Part shown: positions 23,872-35,299 of the stretch, one piece after another
How the letters are laid out: every line of letters begins with the position of its first letter
Position numbering within the stretch: the stretch's first letter is position 1
Origin: Ophelia neglecta
Lineage: Eukaryota
Direction: 5' to 3'
Length of the DNA stretch: 64,000 bases
NCBI GenBank assembly: GCA_965285935.1
Contig: OZ260665.1
Location: 84,010,001 to 84,074,000, forward strand
Notes under the pieces: model-generated
The model's database searches: none
Seen by the model: only the letters and a program-made list of their open reading frames with translations
Told to the model about the DNA's origin: nothing
Made by a program: the position numbers and the translations under genes

Positions 23872-25094
23872 GTAAGTATAGTGATTCCTCTAAAAATTGG
23901 CAACCTATATAATATTAATTCAAACACTTCAGATTTTTGTTATATTAAATTTTACCCTGTAAGAATTAGCCCATATCAATAATAACCTATTGTGAAGACA
24001 ATGAAATCTAATTATGTAAGTAATTGCTCTATCTTTTTTCCTGTAATAATGCATACATCTATAAATTTTAAAAGTTTTAGATGAATGAATTATTAGAAGC
24101 ATTACAGTCTATAATTTTCAGAGGCACTCACTTATTCACAGTTGTAAACCAGCATGTTAGTTAATTTATTAATTTGTATTTAAACATGAGAGGAAAATTT
24201 AGTAAAAAAAAGGAAGCATAAAAAAATGCAACTGGGTGGTATTCAAATGAAATGCCCTACATTTTTTGATAGTATCCTTAAAGTGCTGAATAGCTAGATT
24301 AGAAAAGGATGCTTCTTTCCAATAAGCAGATAGAAGTATAGTGTAATTGCCTGTGGAGTGATCAGCAGACATCGTAGAAATTTTAATATGCCTACTGTCA
24401 CCATTGGTAACATTAAGGGCCATATACAAGGGAAATTAGTCACCCTCCTCAAGTCAAAGTTTATCAGTTTGGCAGCCCAGAGCACACAGAAGTGTAGTTT
24501 AGTGTACACTTTATCTTCTCCAAAAGTGTACATTTAAGAACACTGCTCATAGTTGATTTCTTGATGTGCAGCAAAAAATGTAAATAAAGTCTACACTTTT
24601 CGCACACTTTTGGGAAAAGTGTACACTTTGTTGTGCTTTGGGGGAGACATACAAGTTCTTCGCCAAAGCTTCTTGTTCTTTGGTGAGATATTAACCTTAT
24701 CATCGATGGAGGACATACGCCAATAGTCAATGTTGAATTTTTCAGCCACTTTCCATTACTAATGACACATGACTCCTGAAACAAATGCTCCAGTAAACCT
24801 CATAATATATGCAAACAGGAAATCATATTACACCACATATTTTTGACAAAGTTTCATCGCTCAGTAATGCTCGAGTGATTTTCTGTGAAAGCAGGGTTAG
24901 GTAGGAGAATTCCATACAGGAATTTTTAGTTAGTTGGGGAGATCATCATCTTATCCCTACATCTATAAATAAGTAATTTACCTATGTAATCTACCACTCA
25001 CTATCACTATCAAATGATTTTAAAAAATTAGTTAGGATAATTGAATTGAGTATATTTATTTTAGTTTTTTAAGGAGTTTTCAATATGCTTTCAG

Positions 25095-25181
25095 ATTTAG
25101 GCAGAAAGAAAGTGAGCGATATCAACGTTCAAGACTGAAGCCCAAGACTCCAACACAGATGGCAAAGATGAGAGCAGCACG
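25095..25181 (+). CDS. Coding exon 2 of the same gene (LFRQKESERYQRSRLKPKTPTQMAKMRAAR)
   Basis: Acceptor gctttcAG ends at 25094. 87 bp, phase 2-2, open. Donor CG|GTGTGT. Not in the ORF track. Confidence 0.7.
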
Positions 25182-26105
25182 GTGTGTCTTTATTATTGTC
25201 CTTTTTTTGGTAAAAAGAGAGAACAGGAAAATTGCTAATGTCACTGGGACTGAATAGCGGGGTCTCACACTTTGGGTATGTTATCAATATTGAAGTATGG
25301 GTTTCAGTTTGAAGCGAATTTTTTTGGTACTTTGATATGACACTTTCTTTAATGCAAAGGTGCTGAATGTTAGAACCTAGGGCATAAAATGTGTTGTGCA
25401 TATTTACAAAATTTGCCCTTATATTTGTGTACGCTCTTCAGCCAAAAGTTTTATAGGTGCAATAGTGAAATTGAATGGGATTAAACTCTCTTAGATGAAC
25501 ATGCATAGGCTGATTAATTTTTTGGTGAAATCTGGCAGTATTCTGTGGCCATAGCTAATGCTTAACCAAATTTTCCAAGTAAAATTAACCTCTTTATTTG
25601 AACAGGTATTAATGATTCTTATTGGCCTATGCATGAATATACACACACAAAACCTTGAAGAAAAGTACACACTTTGGTCTGGAAACCAACATTCATTTGC
25701 ACTGTTTTGCTGGACGCCTTCATATACACAGAATCAAATAGATAAAGCAAATAATTTAGATTAGTGTCTAAATTAGTGTCCATGATCATTTCAAGTGTGT
25801 TAAACACTAATAGGAAGTCATATATTGAGAATCTTTTGATGGCTTTAAATTTGACCTTGACCTCTTTCTTGGTGCTTTATGATCACCTGTGAAGGGGTGC
25901 CTCCCCCAACACCTGTTAACCTTGACCTACAAGTCCATTTTCCATGCCATGCTGCCCTTTAGGGGAGGACTCCTCATGTTAGGTATTTAATGTTATCATG
26001 AAATGTGCGATAATTTTTTTAAAGATTTTTGATAATAGGGTTCTATACATTTGTATATAAATAAAATGTGAATGAAAATAAACAATACTTGTCTGTTCCT
26101 TACAG

Positions 26106-26310
26106 CCGCAGGACATATTATAGAAAAAGGCTGGCTCAAGGCCTTCCATTGAGAGAAGATCAAAGATTGGAATATGAATTAGGCATACCCATTCAGGAAG
26201 AGACGGAAGCAGCAAAACTCCAAGCACAAGAGGATCTAAGAAAATATAATAGACTTAAGTCGCGAGAATCCAGAAAAAGACGGTCTCAAATTAAAACTGA
26301 ATCAGATTGA
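26106..26310 (+). CDS. Coding exon 3 (terminal) of the same gene, with a basic bZIP-like C-terminus
   Basis: Acceptor ctgttccttacAG ends at 26105, phase 2. Reads RRTYYRKRLAQG...LRKYNRLKSRESRKRRSQIKTESD-stop. Confidence 0.75.
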
Positions 26311-26854
26311 GATCAATTATTAAGAAAAATGTCTGGAAATAAAGATATAGAAGGGAAGGAGGGAGTAGGGCAGTATGTTTTATCTGACCCTTTAGTACTG
26401 TAATGATTTGTCTATCATTTTAAATTCGAAAATTTTGTGAAAATTCACTCTTATCATGCAGTTATAACTCGCAAACATTGTATTCGCATGTATAAATAGG
26501 GTCTCCCTATCTCTTGGCGCGAAATTAAGGTCACAAATTAATACCAGCGCAATCTTTTACTGTTACAGTACAGTACTCTGAACTTGGACTTCACCTGGCT
26601 TATATTATGATTTGCTGTTCCTACTTTTCTAAAAATGTGATGCTGCTTTTAGTTTCTGTAAAATCATGTTTTGGTGGTCCATTCCAAAATTTTTCCCATC
26701 ATTGGTCAAGTAAACTAAAATCTTAAAGTTTTATGCTTCGTATATTTGATGCATTTGTTAAAGGCACGAAACAAGTTGATTTCATGCACTTTGATGCTGA
26801 AAAATGTGAAGTTTAACCAACGTAAAATAAACATTTGGCTAATAATGTGAAGTA

Positions 26855-27164
26855 GAGTGAAACCTGTGAATTAAGACCACCAAAGGGACTGGAAACGGAG
26901 ATGGTAGGTTTAGGCAGGTTATTTAACATCGAAAGCATACATAATGGTCCCCATATAAGTGGTCTGAATTGACAGGTGGTCTGAACAGTGAAACCTGTCG
27001 CAAAGACTACCTCTATTATCAGATCTCCTGTCCTTTCAGACCTCTCATATGGGAACCATGATGTATGCTTTCAATGTTAAATAACCTGCCTAAACAGACC
27101 ACCTCCTAAATCAGACCATCATATTCCAGTCCCTTTGGTAGTCTTAATTCACAGGTTTTTGCTG
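26855..27164. mobile_element. Two adjacent CAGTG MITE copies in opposite orientation
   Basis: Partial copy at 26855-26985 followed by a copy at 26986-27164. Confidence 0.85.
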
Positions 27165-27169
27165 TACAA

Positions 27170-27248
27170 GTCAAAATTACATGTATCATATACAAGGTCA
27201 AATTACATATATCATATACAATATCAAAATTACATGTATCATATACAG
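27170..27248 (+). repeat. Short tandem repeat, ~3 x 26 bp
   Basis: tcaaaattacatgtatcatataca repeated. Confidence 0.85.
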
Positions 27249-27836
27249 CAATTTCTGGACATTTATGCAGCCAAGTCATGGCAAGAATATATTGATTTTA
27301 TAACTAAGCTTTGATTTAACCTCACACTTTGATCTCTTTCCAGTTGCCCCAAGTTTGTGCACAACTCTCCCATTCTGGCAGGACATTTTTCACAGAAGTC
27401 ACTTTAAAAATACAAGGCCATAAAAACTACAAGTCCACTTTAAGTTTACACGTTACAGTTTATTACAATTGTGTGCAGTCTATTTCTAATATTGCTAGTC
27501 CTCATCGATTTAGAGGTGGGGAACCATTTCTTTTTGTAGTGCTCCAGACAAATGGTGGCCCATGCAGCCTTAGTCCCCAGACATCACACTGAAAGGGATA
27601 CTACCATACTTACCCTCCAGTGAAAAGGTTCTCTTTAAAATTTACCATCTCACAGCCAGAAATTCTAGGAATGCATGTTGCTCCATAATTTGTGCAGGAA
27701 AATGTATTGGTGGATATGGAGTAGCAAAATAAAGACCAGATATATTTATAGTTTATATATGTTTAGTCTCGTTTAACCATTGTATTTTCAAATTATAAGA
27801 AACAGAATTAAACTTGCTTTGGCTTTTTATGTCTAA

Positions 27837-30800
27837 TGTATAGCGAGTGCAAGTGAGTGGCCCCGAAGGGCCGCTCGCCTAGGGAGCTCTATAGGTAACG
27901 GGTATGTGTAGTGATAAATCACATCAAACTATAGAGATACAGTTACTCAAACCAACTTGTTTCCTTTGTTATTTTCCGGTATTGTAGTAGCCGCCCATCC
28001 CCGTTTGACTTTTGGCGAGAAATGAAATATCTATCTCGTCTTATCAATTTTGCTTTTCCTCTGGCTTTTCCATGTTCCCCTATGATAATTGATTATGAAT
28101 CCAGAACACTTCTGGTTCTTTTGTGGGTAACACGAGCCCTCGGAATTGGTATTCAAATGGTGTTAGAGATCATGCTTATTCCACCTCCTCAGTATCCGCT
28201 CATACAGAATAAAATGAGTGCATGGTAGAACCTACCATACATTCATGTATAGCAGAACCAAGCAGAAACAACTCTACTCAGCATTCTTACACCAAATGCA
28301 TGGATGTCTCTGGTCCAAACCTGCCTATTGGTATTTTTTGGGGAGATGAGTCAATGAATTTGTATGTCCGTTAATCATCTCAAACATTTTACAATCAAAC
28401 CATTGATGAGTCTGAAAGTCTGAAAAGCCACAATTTCCTTCTGCAAGTGTGGGAAGCCTTTTTTCAATGTCAGATAGATGCTTATTTCATGTGGCATAAT
28501 AAACTGGACAAGTTAAAATTTGCCAGCAGTCAATCATCTGAGGAAGTGACTGAATCTATTTTAAATTGTATCAAATCCCTTAGTGACAAACATCTGTCAC
28601 ATTTGATGATATATCTACAGTCATGAAAAAACAGTCAATCATGTTACAGATCTAAGGCTGGTCTGATTATTCTTATACATTCCGGTCAATAATGTGCCAG
28701 CAAGTCAAATCATTTCTCTTTTGGGACAGGTTTATTCATAGGGACTGTTTAATGTATATTGGCATGAGGATAGCCGTTCAAAGTGGAAATTGGAATTTGA
28801 GGATTAGCTGTCTCAAACAAACGCTACCCCTTTTATGATAGCAGATTGACCAAACTACAGTCGAATCATCCCAAAACATCCAGTAGATACGAGTACATGG
28901 CCCTTGTATATCAAGTCCAATCTTGAACAAAGTGGCTTCTCAGTAAGTCTTCAAGGTACTCCATTTTCATCTTTGGCACTGGATGAGTGTCATAAAAGCA
29001 CCATTAATTTGCAAGTCAAGGCTGCTCTCCCAAAGAAAGATAAATCATAAGTTGCCTCCTTGGTTTTGTCTCTACCTTTTCGTGCCAAAATGATAGACAA
29101 TTTCAAAGTTCATTTGGCTTCTAATCATTAAAGAACAGACATGAGAGATGATAAAGAAAGTGTCATCCGAAAATTTTAAAGGAAATACTGCTTCATATAA
29201 GTTGAAGATTGCATCTTCACAAGTGTTCACCAGCAGTCCTGAAAATAATAGTTTGATGCATATTTTTTTCTGGTAAAGCTGCTAGCTTCTGGTGATCTTT
29301 TGTGTTTTTATGGCAATGGTATTAAAAACTCTGTGAATTTTATCACATCAACTTATCTAAGGCCATCCATTGTAAAACCAAAATGGTCCAGCACAAACTA
29401 AATTGAAAACATTCACACCAGCCAAGGCTGTGACATCTAAGCAAGTTCAGCGTTTGGGCGAATATAATGCTTTGTTGATGACTTGTTTTAAGAATCTTGC
29501 AACTTACTCTCATGCTTCAAAAACTGTGGTAGATCAAGTTGGTCAACTTATTGAGCTGCCTCGAGCTATTGCTCTATCAAATGGATTACCATACAAAGGA
29601 AGCAAAGCATATACCCCAACTTTTATCAAGATAATCTGAGATAGCCCCTTCTCTTTTTTTTTGACTCTCTTAAACCTGACCATGATCTCCAAAGTACTAT
29701 TTTATATGCAATGTTCCTGATACATTCCCCTCCTTTAGGGTCTTTTGTAACACAATTTTTCTTGAGGAGATGGGTTGGTGAATATTTCAAAATGGGTATT
29801 TCTCAAGTGCATGTTTTGTTTTATGATCCCAACCGCATTGGTGTTTCTCCCAAGGACATAGAAAGGCAAAGAAGGACAAATGTTTCTGTAAAAGGGAGTC
29901 CTCACCCATTGTATTCTCAAATATCATCAGAGACAGCTATACCTAAATGTGGTTGGTCCGATTTCCTGGATAACAGTGCCAATAAAAGCACTCTTATGGC
30001 CTACCTTTGCTGTTACATCAATAAGAATATGGCCAAATTTTGTCACGGTGAGCAATGTATTGTCGTGTCTGGTGGATTTCTCCAGGACTTCTGGATAAAG
30101 CGTACATGGTCTCTTTGTCCGGAACAGTTGAAATGGCAACTTTGACTTCAAATCAAGAAGAGACAGATTCTCTGATTTGGATCCATATGAACCTCTGTGG
30201 ATTAAGGAATAGTTAAGTATTCTCACCTGGCACAGATGGGTATCAGATTGGTTCCCCATTAATGAGGTTATTCCCTGAAAAAAGAGGCATTGTTCAGCTG
30301 AGAAAAACATACTTGGACTTGAACATTTTCAATAACTGTTTACAGACTATCTCAGAACTCAGTTGCCTACAGTCTCCCTGCCTTCACTTGCAATATAGTC
30401 AATGGCTTTTTATAGCATCAGGTTGCGATTCCCCTTCTTTTTTTTATTGAGTTGGAAAATCCACATTTATGAATCATGCATTTAAATATGCAGATTTCAT
30501 TTGCAATGGTATATTGGCACACAACTCTGCTTCTCTTTCTTCAAGGGTCTGGTTTCTCGTGTTCTGGCTGTTTGCCCTCTGTGTTCAGATAATTCTCGAA
30601 CATATTTTTGTACAATTTGCAACATTGAATTTGGAATATCACTTCTTTCATTTTACTGATTAATTGGCTGCAAGCATTTTTTCATGTACAAAACTGCCTT
30701 CTCTGAAAATTCCCCAGTAGCCCACTTCACCACATTTGTTCAGCCCTTGCTGCCTAGTTTTTCCTTGTCAGAGGCTCACTCCCAGTGGCTTCAAGAAATA

Positions 30801-30870
30801 AGATTGAATACTTGGCAATGTACTTATGCCCCCTTCGCCGGCCTGAGTTTTTACAACTGCCTCGCTTATA
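27837..30870 (+). mobile_element. Decayed unclassified DNA element encoding a large protein with a C-terminal FEN1/PIN-like 5' nuclease
   Basis: Frameshifted and stop-riddled motifs in collinear order: SHNFLLQVWEAF (~28426), FWDRFIHRDCLMYIG..SGNWNLRISCLK (~28720), GFSVSLQG..SLALDECH (~28934), ELPRAI..GLPYKGSK, AMFLIHSPP, VHVLFYDP, QEETDSLIWIH (~30153), FSPGTDGYQIG (~30220), SGCDSPSFFY*VGK (~30418). GC-rich hairpin at the left end. Confidence 0.7.
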
Positions 30871-30884
30871 GGGCATGCGCTTGA

Positions 30885-30946
30885 ATTCGAATATAAGCGC
30901 ACTCTCGAATATAAGCGCATGCGCCTATATACGCGATAATACGGTA
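30885..30946. mobile_element. End fragment of a (TA)CCGTA-terminus MITE
   Basis: Two copies of cgaatataagcgca followed by tatacgcgataatacggta. Confidence 0.5.
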
Positions 30947-31149
30947 GTAGAATTAGAACATAGTAGTGTTCGTAGTAATACGTTTGCAAAGGAATTTTTC
31001 CAACTTTCAGGTAGTTTCGCAAATAACAATTAAACAACAATGGAAATAGGTCTAAGCGTATACTAAATTTCCCTGTAATAAAAAGTACTTGCATTAATTA
31101 TTTATTCGGGGAAAACACAACGTCTAAGATTGTGAGAGCACTTTATCGA

Positions 31150-31624
31150 ATACGAATTTATATTTTGCAACTCCCGTTGTAGTCTCGTCGGCAATCCCGC
31201 ACATTTGAGGCCAGTTCCGTGAGGATGGGTGCCAATAAAATATATGTCAATAAACAGTAGTTGTTTCGATACCGGTTATCTTGAAATCAGGGGATAGTGG
31301 TGATCTTCAGCAGGTTCAAATGATTGAAAATTGAAAACCTCGTCAGCTGTGAGGGTAAAGCACGTGCAGACCACAACGAGGCTATGATTGGCTGTCGTCT
31401 GCTTTGCTTTCGTCTGTTAGTCACGCGTCAGTGCTCGGCGGACCCCTTGCTGCATGCTGTTGGAACCTGACCTGGGAACTATACTATCATACATAAGGGG
31501 TGATTTTTTCTCTTTCGCTCGCAAACTAGGCATCGCCTATTTATATTAGATCTCTTGTCAAACATTAGTTGCTTTCAAGTGAGACTTCTTTTTGTATTTT
31601 TTTGCAATATACATTCTTGTCGAG
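31150..31624 (+). promoter_or_regulatory. Candidate promoter and non-coding first exon of the LDLa-domain gene
   Basis: CpG-rich, with E-box CACGTG (31361), inverted CCAAT GATTGGCT (~31386) and a CRE-like tcacgcgtca. Donor GAG|GTAAAT at 31624. Confidence 0.5.
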
Positions 31625-32145
31625 GTAAATATGCGGGTTGAGTATAACCATTTATACGATAGCAGTATAGCCAGAGGCGTGATGTTCCGGGACGAGCTTC
31701 ACCGAGACAACATAATTTGTTCGATGAAATACTGCAGAGTTTACTACAACGACTACCTGTCCCATAGTGTCAAACAATCAGTTTATGATTGCAACAACAA
31801 AAGTTAGTTCTAACACTCTTTTCATTGCAATATTTTCTTGACACATAAGATAAATAGAGATAGAATGATTAAAATTGATCATATCATGTCAGCAACTTGA
31901 AACTGTCAAACAACAATATTTTGAATGTATCTTTGTATCTACACAAAACAGCCTGTGGATTCGCTCAGTTTCAACGCTTTCTAGATGTTCCGTCCCCAAA
32001 CCTCAACGGCCCCTAGTCTGGTAGTTACTTGGTTGAATTGCTTATGGACGTGGGTAATATTTGTAGACGAACAATTTCCCATGCGCTTGGCACGCCCGTT
32101 TTTCATTTAAGTATGCCAAAAAACGATGTAATGTGCGGACACCGA

Positions 32146-32457
32146 CAGATCGGTGGCCATGACGCTTCTAGACCCCTGGTGGGGCCATCTGGTGGCGGTG
32201 TCGGTGTCGTGAAAATTGTCGTGGAGTCTCTGGCCAGTAGTGTTCAGCGAGTCCCGCCCTCTGGTGCCCTTTTCACACGTAAGCGGATGTAAACATTGAG
32301 ACATTTTGACAGATATAGTTTGACAGCTCCATGCAAGTGAACTCTGTCTGATTAACCTCCCTAAACACTACTGGCCAGAGACTCCCAAGACAATTTCCAC
32401 GACAGCGCCACCAGAGGGCCCCACCAGGGGGCTACAAGTGTCATGGCCACCGATCAG
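32146..32457. mobile_element. Palindromic MITE with ~95-bp imperfect inverted arms
   Basis: gatcggtggccatgac...gagtctctggccagtagtgtt pairs with aacactactggccagagactc...gtcatggccaccgatc. Confidence 0.85.
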
Positions 32458-32926
32458 CTGGGCCTGTGGTGTTTTCACCGAGGGAATTAGTCACAAATCA
32501 TTGATGGTGACGTAAGCCGGACTTCTGCAACAGAGGGAATATTTAGGCTATTGGATTAGCATAAGTGAGCCTATTTTGGTAGTGGATGCTTTATATGTGG
32601 AATAGTATAGTATAAATTCTCAGACTCCATAAATTGCAGGCTGTGAGACGCCAAGCCTGATTTTTCTAAACAATAACAGATGTGTTGGACCTCATTATTT
32701 TATTAGGATAAATATCATAATTTATACAGGTGGGGGGTGGGGGGGGGAGGCCTAATTACAAATTGTTGTATACTCCCAACTGCTTTCTCCCTCAACTGCC
32801 CAATCCCTCCCTTTTCCCCATCAAGATGACAGATGATTTTATTTTTGATATGTTTTTTTATGATATTTCAGTTGTGATGTGATCAGGTAGTGAAGGCTGG
32901 ACGGCAGAAGTCCAGTGGTTTACAGA

Positions 32927-32936
32927 ATGCAGGATA
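32927..32936 (+). CDS. Start-codon exon segment (M-Q-D) of the LDLa/TM/PPxY gene; exon 32872-32936
   Basis: Acceptor atatttcAG ends at 32871. ATG CAG GAT A|GTGAGT is phase 1 and matches the LDLa exon. Confidence 0.6.
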
Positions 32937-34137
32937 GTGAGTATTGAATACTGTAAAATGACAAACATTTGCTGGGATTTGGCATATTTCCGGGCTAAAA
33001 AGACACTGATATTGATATTGGACAATATTTGTCATTTTACAGTATAGGCCTGCACGCATTAACAAGTGCTGGTTCCTTGATTAACCGGATACCCATTATT
33101 AGTGAATGGCCCGGCCATAAGTAGTAATAAAACTCTACTATAAAGTTCCATATTTTCTCTCACACATTTGTTTTCTGGCCGGCAACACGGTCATTTGTCA
33201 GGCAGTTTTACCATATTAGTGTGTGTATATTTCTGTTTTCAATACGAAAGCCTTGGTTTTCTTTTTAATCAGTAATTTGCCCCAGTTCACTAGTCCCAAA
33301 TGCTATTTTACTCAATCGAGTTATTAGGATGTATTGATTTTAATGTTTTATTTTTTTCAGATGAAACTGACCAGTAATTTGGCCCAAATCACATGTCTTA
33401 TTGTGATATCACTGGGCAAACCTCTGTTGTAGGAGACTTTCAAATCATTGATTTACCACATGCCAATATTTGCCTGTATCATGAATACAACTGTCACATC
33501 ATCCTTTATGATTGTCAAAGCAGTTTAGAGCTATACAAATTGCTATGTAGCAGAAAAACAGGGCCCAGCCTCAAAATTGGCTTCAAAGTGCAAAAAATAA
33601 TTACAATTTTGCAGTTAAGCCGTCCTATTAGTATGATAAGGAGGTCTGGTGTAATTTATTGAATTTTCTTCTACTATTCTCTGTGATTGCCAGACTTAGT
33701 TTTCGCTTAGCATACTCAAAACATTTGGGAGTCAATCTCACAACCTATTTTATGACTTGTCTATTGCACATGTTTATAAAAACTTTGACTTTCATACTGG
33801 GTTTGCCTTGTATATATTGTTGTGATTGTATATTATCTTAACATGTGCATTGTTCTTTATTTATTGGATATATCTTATTACTGTGGACTGCTATATAAAT
33901 GCCTTGTTTTCCTCCATTTTCTCCACACATCCATATTTAGTTAGTTCATCCTGAACAATTAATAAATTTTGTGTATTTTTCCTCTCCATTTATTTATACT
34001 GTTTTATGCATATGATGTTAAATCACTTTTGGGATAAAATTTATTGTACTGAAAACATACAATAAAACTATGAATGGACAATTTAATAAAGTTATGATAA
34101 ACTGTAATCTTATTGTTTAAATTCTTGCTAACTTCAG

Positions 34138-34275
34138 AACCTAGACTTGATGAGTGTCCATTCTCTATGGGGTTTTCTGCCTTCTGTGAAGACCGCACTC
34201 AGTGCTACAATACTCGCACCCAAAGTTGCGATGGAACCGAGCACTGTGCTGACGGCACTGATGAGAGATGTGGAA
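34138..34275 (+). CDS. LDL-receptor class A domain exon
   Basis: Phase 1-1 exon missed by the ORF track: PRLDECPFSMGFSAFCEDRTQCYNTRTQSCDGTEHCADGTDERCG, with 6 Cys and CDG..HC.DG.DE. Acceptor ctaacttcAG, donor A|GTTAGT. Confidence 0.9.
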
Positions 34276-34808
34276 GTTAGTATTAGACATAATTTTTAAG
34301 AATTTAAAAAATTGATAATATTAAAATTATAAACTGTTTTATATTATACATGAATTAGTATTTTTAACAATATGTGTATCAAAGTATACCACTAAGAAAC
34401 ACTTAATTGTTTTTCAGTGTATTACATTAAATGTGTGATTTGGAGTGTATTTAAATTTTGGCTGAGGTGGAATGCAGACATTTATAATTGTTGATGTTTG
34501 GATGGAGCTTGTAGGTTTAATTACATTTTTATGCTTTTGGATGGCCAACGACATATTTCTTATGCAAGACGATATAAATTATTTCATATTCCGACACCAA
34601 AACATGTATTTTGTACTGTAGTACTTCTCAGAAATTGACGAGATATTTAATATAAGCAGGAGCCAGCAAAAGCAAATTCTTATTGTTGTGCTTAAATTAA
34701 ATATATCATCCTAGGGAATTTGAAAAGAAAGGCCAATATGAAAAAATGAGTCAATTGTAAAGTTCATTATGATTTCATCTATTAATTTTGTATATAAAAT
34801 TATTTCAG

Positions 34809-35006
34809 TTTTTCGCCATGAAGTAAAGATCGCCCTTGTTGCTGCAGCAGTTGCAGTGTTGGTGATCACAGTTTTGGTGTCTTTGTGCAAGTATTGTTCC
34901 AAAAAAAGTGTGACTCGGGAAGCTCAACAAGCGGCATCCAATGTGACAAGGGAGCAGGCACTAGGACCGAATGGTCGATATGCCTGGTACCTAGCTCCTA
35001 ACTCAG
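34809..35006 (+). CDS. Transmembrane exon of the LDLa protein
   Basis: IALVAAAVAVLVITVLVSLC followed by KYCSKK (positive-inside, juxtamembrane Cys). Acceptor tatttcAG, donor CAG|GTCAGT, phase 1-1. Confidence 0.9.
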
Positions 35007-35299
35007 GTCAGTCCAGCTACTTGAGGTTTAGACTCTTAAAGCCAACGTTGGTGAGGCCAGTTAAATTTTATCCAAGCAAAAATGGAGACTCCTCTTTTAC
35101 AACACTTTCGTACGATCACATATTCACTCATCCACTTTGCTGAAGTTTCAGTTTTTTGCATACAATGCTCTTCAGAGATAAATGACCCATCATCTACAAA
35201 TAAGTCTTTAACATATAAAAGGCCACCTTTTGTTCAAGACCTGAATAAAATATATTTTTCATTTTCTTTAAAAAAAGCATAACACCATATCGGCTGCGA

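Noticed and set aside
34769-35143. 124-aa single-exon membrane protein as given in the ORF track
   Set aside because: Only 34809-35006 is exon. The flanks are intron, bounded by clear splice sites.
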